From Pseudomonadota bacterium (GTDB taxonomy: Bacteria > Pseudomonadota > Alphaproteobacteria > Sphingomonadales > Sphingomonadaceae), in the NCBI GenBank assembly GCA_038532855.1, contig JBCAZT010000002.1, positions 1,557 to 65,556 of the forward strand: a DNA stretch of 64,000 bases. Reading direction: 5' to 3'. Below, in pieces: positions 19,713-29,664 of the stretch. Position 1 is the stretch's first letter, and each line of letters begins with the position of its first letter. The notes beneath the pieces were generated by a model that saw only the letters and a list, made by a program, of their open reading frames with translations, was not told where the DNA came from and searched no databases. The translations under genes were made by a program, and so were the position numbers.

Positions 19713-21074
19713 ATGCGCAACTGGATCGGCAAAAACTCAATTGGCATTGCAGCGGCGGCTTTGGTCGCGGGCTCATCAGGCGTGGGGCTGGCGCAGGAGG
19801 CGCAAACTTCCGCTGATCAAGAAACAGAGACGCCAAGCACGCCGGCCATGGTGTCAGAGCCTGTTGTGCAGGGCGGGATTGAGCCGCCTGCGCCTTTGGT
19901 TCAGCAATGGGACGTTGAAGACGCGCAAAAACTGATCGCGGTGATCGAAGGGATTGGTGCAGAAGGCCTTGATCCTGCTGATTACGACCTCCAAGCTCTC
20001 AAAACCGCAATTGCATCGGCCCCGTCGGCGGAGCTCAACCAGATTGCGTCTCAGAATTTTGTCTGGCTGGTCGAAGATTTGCGCGATGGCCGCACCCCGC
20101 AGGATGCGCGCAAGCAATGGTTTGTTGAAGATCCTGACCGCAACATCAATCGCACGGGCGACCTTTTGACCGAAGCTTTGGCGACGGGTGATATTGCGGG
20201 CACTTTGATGGGCCTCAACCCATCGCACCCAGATTATGCGATGCTGAAAGCGGAACTGGCTGCAACGCCCGAGGCCGAGACCGCGAAACGCAAATTGATC
20301 CGCGCGAATATGGATCGTTGGCGCTGGTTGGGTCGCGATTTGGGCAAAGTGTACCTCATCAGCAATGTGCCCGAATATAAGCTGCGCCTGACCGTCGGTG
20401 ACAAGATTATCAAAAGCTACCGCACTGTTGTTGGCAAGCCTGGGCGCACCGCGACCCCGCAACTGGCCGAAGATGTATCAGGCGTTGTCTTCAATCCCAC
20501 TTGGACAGTGCCGCAAAGCATTGTGAAAGGCGAAGGCCTGGGCCAGCGCGTGCTCAACAATCCCGGCTGGGCGAAAGCTAAGGGCTACAAGGCCACGCGC
20601 GGCGCCAATGGTTGGATATCGGTTGTGCAGCAACCTGGCCCCACCAATTCACTGGGCCGGATGAAGCTGGAAATGCCTAATCGCCACGCGATTTTCTTCC
20701 ACGATACGCCCTCGCGTCATCTGTTCAGCCGCGCAGAACGCGCGCTAAGCCATGGCTGCATTCGCACTGAGAACGCTTTGGAAGTGGCGATGATGGTCGC
20801 GATCCTTGGCAAAGGCGCGACCAAGGATGAAGCGGTCGAAATCTCAACCTCGGGTAAATACACCAAGGTGATGAACAAGCGGAAGCTACCCGCCTATATC
20901 ACCTATTTCACCATGGCGAGCGATACGAACGGCGAAATGACGACGTTCAAAGACATCTATGATCGCGATGCCCCGGTGCTGGCGAGCCTCGACAAGCCCC
21001 GCGAACGTGATCGCAGCTATGAGATTACCGATGAGGTGATCGTGATTGAGAACAACCCTCTGGCTGAGGGTTAG
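19713..21074 (+). CDS. L,D-transpeptidase family protein (YkuD domain)
   Basis: Signal peptide, then the catalytic motif HDTPSRHLFSRAERALSHGCIRTENA near the C-terminus. Confidence 0.85.
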   Translation: MRNWIGKNSIGIAAAALVAGSSGVGLAQEAQTSADQETETPSTPAMVSEPVVQGGIEPPAPLVQQWDVEDAQKLIAVIEGIGAEGLDPADYDLQALKTAIASAPSAELNQIASQNFVWLVEDLRDGRTPQDARKQWFVEDPDRNINRTGDLLTEALATGDIAGTLMGLNPSHPDYAMLKAELAATPEAETAKRKLIRANMDRWRWLGRDLGKVYLISNVPEYKLRLTVGDKIIKSYRTVVGKPGRTATPQLAEDVSGVVFNPTWTVPQSIVKGEGLGQRVLNNPGWAKAKGYKATRGANGWISVVQQPGPTNSLGRMKLEMPNRHAIFFHDTPSRHLFSRAERALSHGCIRTENALEVAMMVAILGKGATKDEAVEISTSGKYTKVMNKRKLPAYITYFTMASDTNGEMTTFKDIYDRDAPVLASLDKPRERDRSYEITDEVIVIENNPLAEG

Positions 21075-21562
21075 TCGCAAGCTTCCTCAAGTCTGATTTG
21101 ACGCCAGTAGCAAATGCCTGCCGGCAGGGCGTAAGCGAGCACGATCAAACCTATCATGTTGGTGAAAACAAAGGTCGCCAAGCATGCGGCTGCTAGCGTT
21201 GCGGTCGAAATTGCTACTGAAAGTCCGTATGGCGCCGCCAATAGTCGTCTTAACATGATCGCGATTGGGAAACCGAGAGCTGTGAGCGCGGCGCCTACAG
21301 CGAGTGTTCCAAAGACCAAACCAAACAATAGCGCAGCCGGCAAAAAGACTAGTCCGAGAAAGACACCTGACCAAAGCTGGTCGGCAAATGTTATCTGCGT
21401 GGATGGGTCGCCGTCGCCAAAAGACGACAAAATGCTTGCTGCTTTGCCGCTAAAGATTAAGCCTACAACCAATATCAAATGCGAAAGAAGCGAACCAATT
21501 AGAGCCCCTTGCAGGCTTGCCACACCTAGAGCACGAGCCTCTGGGTTCGGCGCAAAGTGCAA
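21071..21562 (-). CDS. hypothetical integral membrane protein
   Basis: 163 aa, 4-5 hydrophobic helices. TTG start directly after the upstream stop, so the start is uncertain. Confidence 0.4.
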   Translation of the reverse strand: MHFAPNPEARALGVASLQGALIGSLLSHLILVVGLIFSGKAASILSSFGDGDPSTQITFADQLWSGVFLGLVFLPAALLFGLVFGTLAVGAALTALGFPIAIMLRRLLAAPYGLSVAISTATLAAACLATFVFTNMIGLIVLAYALPAGICYWRQIRLEEACD

Positions 21563-21565
21563 AGC

Positions 21566-22279
21566 CTAAAACGTCCCCGGCGCGTAACGCTGCGTTGCAT
21601 TGGGATTATCGGGTTGGAGCACCCCATATTGCGGCCCGCGCGCCAAGCTGCCGTCTTCCATCAGCCCCAAGCTATCGGCATAAATCAACCGCCCGCCAGA
21701 AAGCTGCAAAAGCGCTTTTCTGAAATCTTCGGCTCCCAGCACAAAGCATCCCAGCGATCGGCCCATCCGGCCATATTGTGCGACGTGTGAAGGCTCTGCG
21801 TATTTCGCGGTGTGCATCACGATATAGCGTTGTAATGCCGCGCTATTGCTCGGGTCCAATCCGCCAAGGCGCACAGACGTGCCATAGCGCCCCTGATACC
21901 ATTCCCACGTCACATAATTGCCGCGACTGGTGGCGTGCGATCCTTCGACATTGGAGTAAGATTTGAGCCAACCATCATGTTCACGATCAGAGCCTTTGCC
22001 ATGGCTGACGCGGTGGCTGGTGACCTCTTGCCGATCTAGATTGACGAAATGAAAGCGCGGCATGGCTGAATGCAGGCCGTAATCAGCGATGCCAACAATA
22101 TCGCGCTTCCAAATATGGCCGCCTGCGCGTTGCAATTGCTGCGCGGCGATTTCAAACAGTTTGCGATCGCGCACAGACCCTTTGGCAGGTTGTGCTGCAA
22201 GTTTGGCAGGCAAGGTCGCGGGCAGCGCGAGCGCTGCGCCAGTGGCCAAAGTGCCTTTAAGAAGATCACGGCGCTTCAT
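21566..22279 (-). CDS. L,D-transpeptidase catalytic domain family protein (YkuD_2-like), Tat-exported
   Basis: ATG at 22279 gives the Tat signal MKRRDLLKGTLATGAALALPA. Putative catalytic GRSLGCFVL. Confidence 0.7.
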   Translation of the reverse strand: MKRRDLLKGTLATGAALALPATLPAKLAAQPAKGSVRDRKLFEIAAQQLQRAGGHIWKRDIVGIADYGLHSAMPRFHFVNLDRQEVTSHRVSHGKGSDREHDGWLKSYSNVEGSHATSRGNYVTWEWYQGRYGTSVRLGGLDPSNSAALQRYIVMHTAKYAEPSHVAQYGRMGRSLGCFVLGAEDFRKALLQLSGGRLIYADSLGLMEDGSLARGPQYGVLQPDNPNATQRYAPGTF

Positions 22280-22387
22280 AGAATACCAATATATAGCCAA
22301 AGGATGAGGTTCCCGTGAACGGGGAAATACCGAGGCATGCACAGGTGTTTTTCCCGATATGGGACACAGTCATGCGCGGATTACAGA

Positions 22388-23836
22388 TCATGCCGCTTCA
22401 TGAATGGCTTTGGCTTTCATGCCAAGCTTTATAACGCCGGGCATATGCTCGCGGATTTTCGCACCAACATTGGCAAATTTGGCCAGTTCGGGATCGTTTT
22501 CTGCCATCATCTTGGCAATCGCAGGCCCTGTCGGGTGCAAACGGCATCGCGCGTTGAACGCATTGGTCTTTTCATTGCCGGATAGGATCGCGGTGCTCAT
22601 CAGGTTTGACATCACCGCGTAGGGGTATGTGTCTGTAGTATCGGTAAGCGGGGCAGGGGGCAGGAGATTGTTTTTCTCCTCATCGGTTTCGAAATTCGCC
22701 TCAACAAAGGCGGCCAAAGCTGCGGAATACGGCACAAACGGGGTCTGCGCGAGTTGCAGTGTGATCGTGTCTCCTTTGAAGAAGGGCCCGGTCTGGTCCC
22801 TCAGTTCAAACGGCACGGCGGTTGCGGTGCAGTCGATGAAGAGCGTGTTTTGCGGGAGGCTGACGATTTCATCTCCAAAATGCATTTCGCCGGGTGCAAT
22901 TTTGGTAACGCGGCCTTGGCGATAGACGCTCTCAATCCCGCGCAGCATATCAACCTCGCCTTCGGATATGACAGCGAAGTGGAACATTTTGGGCGTGACG
23001 CTCTCATCAAGGCGCAGCATCACGCCGCGCTCGCCCAGCTTGGCTAACATTTCATCGCCAGTTTCAGAGGAATCGGCGCATTCGACCAACGCGACCTGAA
23101 ACTCGATCAAGCCTTCCAATCCGACATGGGCAGGCTGCAACAGCTTTCGATTGAACATCCAGCTATCGCGCGGGCGGACCCAGCCGATTTTGTGTGCTGG
23201 CACGCCCGTTTCCAAAAGCCAAACGCCTGTATCCATCGCGGTTTTGCCGCCGCCGATGATCACATAATGATCGGGCAGGTTATCAATCTGCTGCCAAAGG
23301 CTGGGCAGATCCCGCGGCGTTGCAAAGCGGGTGTCTGATGCGATTTCAAAAGCGGGTGTATGCGTGGAGGGAACCGAGGTTTGGAACCATGTGCCATCGA
23401 CCAGCTTTCGCCGAACGTGCACGGTCTGCTCTTCGCCTGATAGGATGCCTTTGACGTGATGCTGGCCGCTTTCACAGCCTTCATATGAGGTGAGCGGGAG
23501 ATATTCGACCCGCCCGGTTGGGATCATTCGGTCCATCATCAGCTTGTGATAATAGGCAAGGATTTCCGCATGTTTTGCGAGCGGATACATGCCCGCATTG
23601 TGGCCGTGCGTGTCCACTCGGTCTGGGCACATCTCCATTGAGGCAACGCCATAGGTTGCGCTGGGCTGATGGAGCGCGACGAATGGATAGGCATCGTTCC
23701 AATGGCCGCCAGGACGCGCGTGTTTATCAACGATGGTGATGTGGCAATCGGGATCTTCATCCAAAAGCGTATCGGCAAAAGCCATACCCACGGCGCCTGC
23801 GCCAATGATAAGATAATCGGTTTCCAGCTGAGCCAT
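22388..23836 (-). CDS. FAD/NAD(P)-binding oxidoreductase (flavin monooxygenase-like)
   Basis: N-terminal DYLIIGAGAVGMAFA...IVDKHARPGGHW dinucleotide fold and a second Rossmann motif VIIGGGKTAMD. Confidence 0.75.
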   Translation of the reverse strand: MAQLETDYLIIGAGAVGMAFADTLLDEDPDCHITIVDKHARPGGHWNDAYPFVALHQPSATYGVASMEMCPDRVDTHGHNAGMYPLAKHAEILAYYHKLMMDRMIPTGRVEYLPLTSYEGCESGQHHVKGILSGEEQTVHVRRKLVDGTWFQTSVPSTHTPAFEIASDTRFATPRDLPSLWQQIDNLPDHYVIIGGGKTAMDTGVWLLETGVPAHKIGWVRPRDSWMFNRKLLQPAHVGLEGLIEFQVALVECADSSETGDEMLAKLGERGVMLRLDESVTPKMFHFAVISEGEVDMLRGIESVYRQGRVTKIAPGEMHFGDEIVSLPQNTLFIDCTATAVPFELRDQTGPFFKGDTITLQLAQTPFVPYSAALAAFVEANFETDEEKNNLLPPAPLTDTTDTYPYAVMSNLMSTAILSGNEKTNAFNARCRLHPTGPAIAKMMAENDPELAKFANVGAKIREHMPGVIKLGMKAKAIHEAA

Positions 23837-23905
23837 ATTGCGTTTATCCTATTAGAACGGCGTGTAACACGCGGGTAGGCGATTTGGGTTTCGGGGGGAA
23901 GAGAA

Positions 23906-24565
23906 ATGGTTGCGCGCTCAGTTTCAGCTTTGGTGATTGTGGCAGCGCTTACAGGATGCTCGGCAACAGGGGGGGCTGGAGTGAATTCTGCTGACCAGGC
24001 CGTGCAAAGTGCGCCTGAAGCGGTCGAGGATATCGCCGCCGAGGTCGCGGCACCCCAGCCAGCGCCAAAGCCTGCGGAGTTGAGCAGACCGCCACAGATT
24101 GAATATCGCGAGCTCACATTGGTGCGCAGCAGCCGGACGGATGCGCCTTCCACCATCACGGTGAGCGCGGATGAAATGCCCGCTGAGCCAACCAAAATCC
24201 TTGATCCGGCCATGGCAGAGCGTCTGTTTGGTAACACCGGGATCACCCTCCAATGGATCGGCTGGGAAGAACGCGGTCCTACATGGGTTTCGGTGGATGA
24301 GAATGGCTATTGGATGCTTTTGGGCGGGCAGGAAAGCGGAGATGGCGGCCTTCTTGATATTGAAGGTTTTATCACCGAAATCGGGCCTGATTACTTCTTG
24401 TATGATGGCACGATCAAAATGTTCGGCACGCCGGATAAAGATCGCCAGTGCAATATGTCAAAGCGCGGCTGGCGATTTGGTATCACGCAAAACCGAAAAT
24501 ATTGGCGGCTGCGCGAATTTGAGTGGTGCGATTATCTGACCGACTACATCGATATCTATTTTTAG
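23906..24565 (+). CDS. hypothetical lipoprotein
   Basis: Lipobox VAALTGCSA after a GA-rich RBS. No family recognised. Confidence 0.55.
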   Translation: MVARSVSALVIVAALTGCSATGGAGVNSADQAVQSAPEAVEDIAAEVAAPQPAPKPAELSRPPQIEYRELTLVRSSRTDAPSTITVSADEMPAEPTKILDPAMAERLFGNTGITLQWIGWEERGPTWVSVDENGYWMLLGGQESGDGGLLDIEGFITEIGPDYFLYDGTIKMFGTPDKDRQCNMSKRGWRFGITQNRKYWRLREFEWCDYLTDYIDIYF

Positions 24566-25110
24566 TCAGCGGTGAGTGTCATCCGGTCATCTGCAATTTC
24601 AACCGAGCCGATTTGCGAAAGATAGGATTGGCCAAGCAGTGATATGCTGAGGCCTTGAGGGATCACCACGGCTTGCACATTGCGGCGCACCATCCCGCCA
24701 ATTTCGACATCGTTCAATGTGACAGGCACACCATAAACCGCGCCGCTTGCCCCTTGCCCGATATTGCGGATTTCATTGTCATCCCAAAAGACACCGGCAG
24801 CTCTCGCATCATCGCCTGTTAGCGCGATCACGCTGGCGCCGGTATCGACCAGCATACGCATATGCGCGCCGTCGACACTGGCAGAAGCGTAGAAGTGGCC
24901 GTCAGCCTCGCGATTGAGAATATGCTCACCGCTAAATCCGCTTGAATTGGAATTTGCCGCAAAAGTCTTGTTGCTCGAACCGGAAAAGGGGGACGCGCTG
25001 GCGGCTTCATTACTGGATGCAGCCTCTTGCGCTTTGTCGTCCGCTGAAGGCACAATAAGGATGGCTAAAACGCACACAGCGCCAGCAAAGGCTATGGTCT
25101 TTTCGATCAT
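24562..25110 (-). CDS. retropepsin-like clan AA aspartic protease (TIGR02281-like), membrane anchored
   Basis: N-terminal TM. GHFYASASVDGAHMRMLVDTGASVIALT contains the DTG active-site signature. Confidence 0.75.
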   Translation of the reverse strand: MIEKTIAFAGAVCVLAILIVPSADDKAQEAASSNEAASASPFSGSSNKTFAANSNSSGFSGEHILNREADGHFYASASVDGAHMRMLVDTGASVIALTGDDARAAGVFWDDNEIRNIGQGASGAVYGVPVTLNDVEIGGMVRRNVQAVVIPQGLSISLLGQSYLSQIGSVEIADDRMTLTAD

Positions 25111-25174
25111 CAGGTCTGCGAGAATAAACCGCGATGCTTAAAGCACCCTAAAGACCGAGTGAGATTATCGATGC

Positions 25175-26086
25175 CTAAGCGGGCGGGGAATACTGCGCGT
25201 TGCGCCGCGCCATAGTCAGCATGGAACGCGCATGACGGGCGGCCACTTCATGCGGGTCGCCATAGCCTCCGCCAAGGGCCGAAGCGATTGCAAGCCCCCG
25301 TGATCTGGCCGTATCAAGGACGTAAGTATCGCGTTGTTCGAGGCCGGTATCGGTCAATGAAAGTCTGCCCAGCCTGTCATCTTCATGAGGATCAACGCCT
25401 GCTTGATAGAGCACAAGATCGGGCTCAAATTCGGCAAAAATAGGCGGCAAGCATTTGTCGAGCGCCTCGAGATAGCCTTCATCATCGAGGTGATCGGGCA
25501 GAGCGATATCGAGATTTGAGCGCGCTTTTCTAACTGGGAAATTCTTTTCAGCATGCAGCGAGAGCGTGAAGATATCCTCTCGTCCCGCGCTAAGGCTGGC
25601 GGTCCCATCACCCTGATGCACGTCGAGATCGATGATGAGTATGCGGGTCGCATCGCCTTCAGCAATCAAACGATTGGAAGCGACCGCAAGATCGTTGAAC
25701 ACGCAGTACCCCGCGCCCGTATCGGCAAGCGCATGGTGGCTGCCGGCGGCTGAATTGGCAGCATATCCGTGCTTCTTCGCCAATTGGGCTGCAAGCCAAG
25801 TGCCGCCATTGGTGTGGCGCACACGGTCACGGATTTTGGCGGTGACCGGAAAGCCGATGCGGCGTTCTTTCTCTTGCGGAACCTGGGCGCGGAAGACTTC
25901 ATCGACGTAAGATGGATCATGCACCGCCTCTAACCATTCGCGCGGGCAGGGATCAGGCGCGTGCTGGGTGATCGCCTCCCCGCTTTCCCGAAGCGCTTCC
26001 ATCACGAGATAGTATTTGTCGAACTTGAAGGTTCCGCGCGTGGGTTGCGGTGCCATGTAATCGGCGTGGTGGACAACGTGGAGCAT
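25175..26086 (-). CDS. histone deacetylase family protein (acetoin utilisation/AcuC-like deacetylase)
   Basis: GSHHALADTGAGYCVFNDLAV, IIDLDVHQGDGT and GGGY motifs. Confidence 0.9.
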   Translation of the reverse strand: MLHVVHHADYMAPQPTRGTFKFDKYYLVMEALRESGEAITQHAPDPCPREWLEAVHDPSYVDEVFRAQVPQEKERRIGFPVTAKIRDRVRHTNGGTWLAAQLAKKHGYAANSAAGSHHALADTGAGYCVFNDLAVASNRLIAEGDATRILIIDLDVHQGDGTASLSAGREDIFTLSLHAEKNFPVRKARSNLDIALPDHLDDEGYLEALDKCLPPIFAEFEPDLVLYQAGVDPHEDDRLGRLSLTDTGLEQRDTYVLDTARSRGLAIASALGGGYGDPHEVAARHARSMLTMARRNAQYSPPA

Positions 26087-26388
26087 TAGGTAAACAGCGG
26101 CCCCAAATCGCGGCTGCCATGAAGCACACGCACAATTGCGACTTTACCAGCAATCGTGTCAACGCGGTAGAGGATGAGATAGCGTTCATAAACTAGACTG
26201 CGCAAATTTGGCGCTAGTTCGTCTCTAGATCTGCCCATGAAAGGCAGATCACGGAGCGCTTCCGCCTTGGTGTTAAGCGCGCGAATATGCTTCGTAGCGG
26301 CCTCAGGATTGTCTTGCGCAATGGCCAGCCAAATGTCGTCGAGGTCTCTGGTGGCCGCGTTGGACCACGCAATACTCAACGTCATCAA
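26086..26388 (-). CDS. parE: type II toxin, RelE/ParE family
   Basis: 100 aa. Pattern A..DL..IW.YIA.DNP.AA......L......L...P..GR......P.LR......Y.I.YR. 4-nt overlap with the upstream antitoxin gene. Confidence 0.85.
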   Translation of the reverse strand: MMTLSIAWSNAATRDLDDIWLAIAQDNPEAATKHIRALNTKAEALRDLPFMGRSRDELAPNLRSLVYERYLILYRVDTIAGKVAIVRVLHGSRDLGPLFT

Positions 26389-26654
26389 TCGGACTTTAGC
26401 CGTTCGCGGCCACGCGTTATGATGCCCTCCACATCAAGCGGCCCTTCGATATACCCACTCGCATCGCCTTCCGCGATTAAAGCGCGCAGTTCTGCAATCG
26501 CAGCGTCTTTTTTGACCTTTTGTTCTTTCCAATCGCGCAAAGCTTCGCGAACGACTTCGCTGGTGGATGCGTAATCGCCTGTCGCGACGGCTTGCTGAAC
26601 ATCGGCCAGCAATTCTTCGGTAAGTGATACTGAGATTTTTTCGACTTTGCCCAT
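26385..26654 (-). CDS. parD: type II antitoxin, ParD/CopG (ribbon-helix-helix) family
   Basis: ATG at 26654 gives MGKVEKISVSLTEELLADVQQAVATGDYASTSEVVREALRDW, typical of ParD. Confidence 0.8.
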   Translation of the reverse strand: MGKVEKISVSLTEELLADVQQAVATGDYASTSEVVREALRDWKEQKVKKDAAIAELRALIAEGDASGYIEGPLDVEGIITRGRERLKSD

Positions 26655-26690
26655 AGCGAGATTGGTAGCACTTTTTGCTACTCGGGGCAA

Positions 26691-27224
26691 TTATGGCGCT
26701 GGTTTGGGACTTTTGTCGTCTGCCAGCGTTGCCAACTCCTCAAAAATCGCATCTTCCTCGCGGCTGGCGGTGTTGCGCCATGTGGTTGCAGTATCGGCGT
26801 TGAGAGGCTCCCCTTCAGCTGTCAGCACCAGCAAGTTTGGTGTGCCGGGCAGTTCCTCAAGACCAAACCTGCGGGCGATCTCTAGATTGTGCCCATCGCC
26901 TGTCTGCGGCATTCCGATATTGACGAAGACGAGTTCGTATCTCTCGTCGATCAAAGCTCTAAAACGGTCTGTCGCGAGCCAACCCGCCAAGGCGCGACTG
27001 TCATGGCACCAGTTTGCGCCCATCACGAGCAGGACGCGTCTGTCGTTTTCAGCAGCGCGCGAGAGAGCCGCATCCACTTCGGCCGAGGGGTCATCGGATA
27101 CGGTGTAGCTTTCGGCCTCAGGGTAATCATGCCCTCCTGCGGAGGAGGATATCTTGCTTGCTAATGCCGCACCCCCACCGAGCAAAAGCGCAGCTAACAC
27201 GCCGCTCAAAAGCGCTTTTATCAT
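26691..27224 (-). CDS. secreted thioredoxin-fold protein (WCxxS motif)
   Basis: Signal peptide [38 protein letters not shown] thioredoxin-like motif. ATGA overlap with the ispG stop. Confidence 0.65.
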   Translation of the reverse strand: MIKALLSGVLAALLLGGGAALASKISSSAGGHDYPEAESYTVSDDPSAEVDAALSRAAENDRRVLLVMGANWCHDSRALAGWLATDRFRALIDERYELVFVNIGMPQTGDGHNLEIARRFGLEELPGTPNLLVLTAEGEPLNADTATTWRNTASREEDAIFEELATLADDKSPKPAP

Positions 27225-28360
27225 TCAGCAGCTTCCGCAGCATGCGGATCGAAAGCGACCTCTTCGCCCGCTTCGATCTTGGCCGCTTTTTCCTCGACCA
27301 GTTTCACGATGTGATTGAGCATATCCTCATCATCGATGGCATGCGCTTTCATGCCCGATAGGTAGACCATATGCTTGCCATTGCCGCCGCCTGTGAGGCC
27401 AATATCGGTCTCGCGTGCTTCGCCAGGGCCATTGACCACGCAGCCAAGGACGGAAAGCGACATGGGCGTTTTGATATGTTCGAGCCGCTTTTCGAGGGTC
27501 TCAACCGTGCGGATGACATCGAAGCCTTGGCGAGAGCAGCTGGGGCAAGAAACTACGCGAACGCCGCGTGTCCTGAGGCCCAAAGCTTTGAGCATCTCGT
27601 ACCCAACCTTCACCTCTTCCTCAGGCTCAGCCGAGAGCGAGACGCGGATTGTGTCGCCAATGCCTGCCCATAGCAACGAACCCATACCGATGGAGGACTT
27701 AACCGTCCCTCCGATCAGCCCGCCAGCCTCAGTAATGCCAAGGTGCAGCGGGCAGTCCACCGCATCTGCTAGGCCATGATAGGCAGCGACCGCGAGGAAC
27801 ACGTCGGAGGCTTTCACAGCGACTTTGAAATCGTGGAAATCGTGGTCTTGCAAAAGCTTGATATGGTCGAGAGCGCTTTCGATCAGCGCCTCTGGGCAAG
27901 GCTCGCCGTATTTTTCGAGCAGGTCCTTTTCTAGGCTGCCCGCATTCACGCCGATACGGATAGCGCAGCCATTGGCTTTTGCTGCGCGCACCACTTCGGC
28001 AACGCGGTCTGATGATCCGATATTGCCGGGATTGATGCGCAGACACGCCGCCCCGCCATCTGCCGCTTCCAAAGCGCGCTTGTAGTGAAAGTGGATGTCG
28101 GCAACGACCGGAATGTTAGATGCGCGCGTAATCAGCGGAAAGGCTGCTGTGGCCTCTTCTGTTGGGCAAGAGACGCGGATTATATCGCAGCCCACCTCTT
28201 CGCAGCGGCGGATCTGATCAATTGTCGCGGCTGCATCTTCGGTGGGGGTGTTGGTCATGGTTTGCACCGTGATCGGCGCATTGCCGCCCACAGGCACATT
28301 GCCCACCATAATCTGACGGCATTGCCGCCGCTCTATATCGCGCCAAGGTCGAACAGACAT
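27221..28360 (-). CDS. ispG: 4-hydroxy-3-methylbut-2-en-1-yl diphosphate synthase (flavodoxin)
   Basis: 379 aa. [45 protein letters not shown]. Confidence 0.97.
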   Translation of the reverse strand: MSVRPWRDIERRQCRQIMVGNVPVGGNAPITVQTMTNTPTEDAAATIDQIRRCEEVGCDIIRVSCPTEEATAAFPLITRASNIPVVADIHFHYKRALEAADGGAACLRINPGNIGSSDRVAEVVRAAKANGCAIRIGVNAGSLEKDLLEKYGEPCPEALIESALDHIKLLQDHDFHDFKVAVKASDVFLAVAAYHGLADAVDCPLHLGITEAGGLIGGTVKSSIGMGSLLWAGIGDTIRVSLSAEPEEEVKVGYEMLKALGLRTRGVRVVSCPSCSRQGFDVIRTVETLEKRLEHIKTPMSLSVLGCVVNGPGEARETDIGLTGGGNGKHMVYLSGMKAHAIDDEDMLNHIVKLVEEKAAKIEAGEEVAFDPHAAEAAE

Positions 28361-28445
28361 AGCCCGCTATATAGGCGTGCAAAGAAGAAGGGGCAATGAC
28401 GCGTGTTGCGTGCATTGCCCCTTCTCCAAAATGGGATGAGAAGGT

Positions 28446-29126
28446 TTACCAGCGGATCAGTGGCGGAACCGCGATCCGCGCTGCGACAGCCCAAATAAGG
28501 ACGGGCGCGGTATGCCAGATGCCGACATGTGCAATCGTATCGAGCGGGCATGTGATGTTATCTGCGAGTGCTCCCAGCGAACCAGAAGCAAGTCCCGTAA
28601 GCCAGCCTGCACGTTCGAGCGAGACCGGCGCGCCGCGACGCAAGAACAAGACCGCAGCAACAGCTACGAGAAAACCAGCCATGGAGCCATAAGCCGCACA
28701 CTCCCAATACCAAGTCGCTGCGTCATTCCAGACGCTTTGCACATGGGCTGCGTGGTCATGATTGGCTTCGAGCGCAGTGATGGTGATAAGTGCCGCTATC
28801 GGGACCACCCCAAGCATTGCAGCGCTCCAGAACGGGGCTGAACCGCGCGCCCCAACTTTCGGGAGAGCAGACGAGATTAAAGCCGACGTGCTCGCAGCGC
28901 CCAAAACCAAAAGCAGCAGGTTTGTGATCCAGTAAAAGGCCGAAGCCTCACCCGTGATCATGCCGCTCCAAAATTCAAAAATTGCGATGCAGGCTATGCC
29001 TGCCACCAAGGTGGCAAAACCGATAAGGAACGCCCCATCGCGCGGTTTTATCCGGCTAACGGGCTCCAGTTCTTGCGTAAGGGACGCAATCAGATCTTCG
29101 CGGTTCGCTTGCTTTTCCATTGTCAT
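28446..29126 (-). CDS. nrsF: NrsF-like (DUF1109) anti-sigma factor, 6-TM
   Basis: N-terminal LIASLTQELEPVSR motif, six hydrophobic helices, two periplasmic-loop Cys (WYWECAAYG, NITCPLD). ATGA overlap with the ECF sigma gene. Confidence 0.8.
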   Translation of the reverse strand: MTMEKQANREDLIASLTQELEPVSRIKPRDGAFLIGFATLVAGIACIAIFEFWSGMITGEASAFYWITNLLLLVLGAASTSALISSALPKVGARGSAPFWSAAMLGVVPIAALITITALEANHDHAAHVQSVWNDAATWYWECAAYGSMAGFLVAVAAVLFLRRGAPVSLERAGWLTGLASGSLGALADNITCPLDTIAHVGIWHTAPVLIWAVAARIAVPPLIRW

Positions 29127-29653
29127 TCGACTTCCTCAACCAACGTGGCCAGCTTTTTAAGGCCGCGATGGATATTCACTTTTACCAGGCTTTCGCTTTG
29201 CCCTGTTTTGTCCGCTGCCTCGCGGATTGATAGTCCGTTTATCTTCACAAGCTCTATCGCTTCGGCCTGTTTATCAGGCAGTTGCGTAAACAACCGGTCA
29301 AGACTGACCCGCGCCAAAACAACCTCTTCTTCGCTGTCTTCAACCGCGTCATCTTCCATCAGCTCGTTTGCATCGTGTTTGTACACTTTGCGCAAATGAT
29401 CGACCCAGCGGTACCGTGCGATGGCCGCAAGCCAAGGCAGAAAAGGACGTTTCGGGTCCCATGTGGCGCGTTTGGTGTAAAACGCAATAAGCACTTCCTG
29501 CACTAGATCATCAATCTGATGCGGAGGCACTCGGCGGCGAAAATACCGCTCCAGCCACACACCCACCTCGGTAAGCAGCACATTGGCGGCGGCTTTATCA
29601 CCGTCCTGTGCTGCCACCATTAGGCGGGAGAGGGTTGGTTCGTCAGCGACCAT
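29123..29653 (-). CDS. sigF: ECF-type RNA polymerase sigma factor (SigF-like)
   Basis: 176 aa. Region 2 (DDLVQEVLIAFY...FLPWLAAIARYRWVDHLR) and region 4 (LPDKQAEAIELVKINGLSIREAADKTGQSESLVKVNIHRGLKKL). Confidence 0.9.
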   Translation of the reverse strand: MVADEPTLSRLMVAAQDGDKAAANVLLTEVGVWLERYFRRRVPPHQIDDLVQEVLIAFYTKRATWDPKRPFLPWLAAIARYRWVDHLRKVYKHDANELMEDDAVEDSEEEVVLARVSLDRLFTQLPDKQAEAIELVKINGLSIREAADKTGQSESLVKVNIHRGLKKLATLVEEVE

Positions 29654-29664
29654 CGTTCTGGGCC

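Noticed and set aside
23539-24253. Minus-strand ORFs 23539..24246 and 23924..24253 overlapping the FAD oxidoreductase start and the lipoprotein gene
   Set aside because: The overlapping genes have a dinucleotide-binding N-terminus and a lipobox with an RBS respectively. The competing ORFs are Ser/Ala/Arg-rich with no signals.
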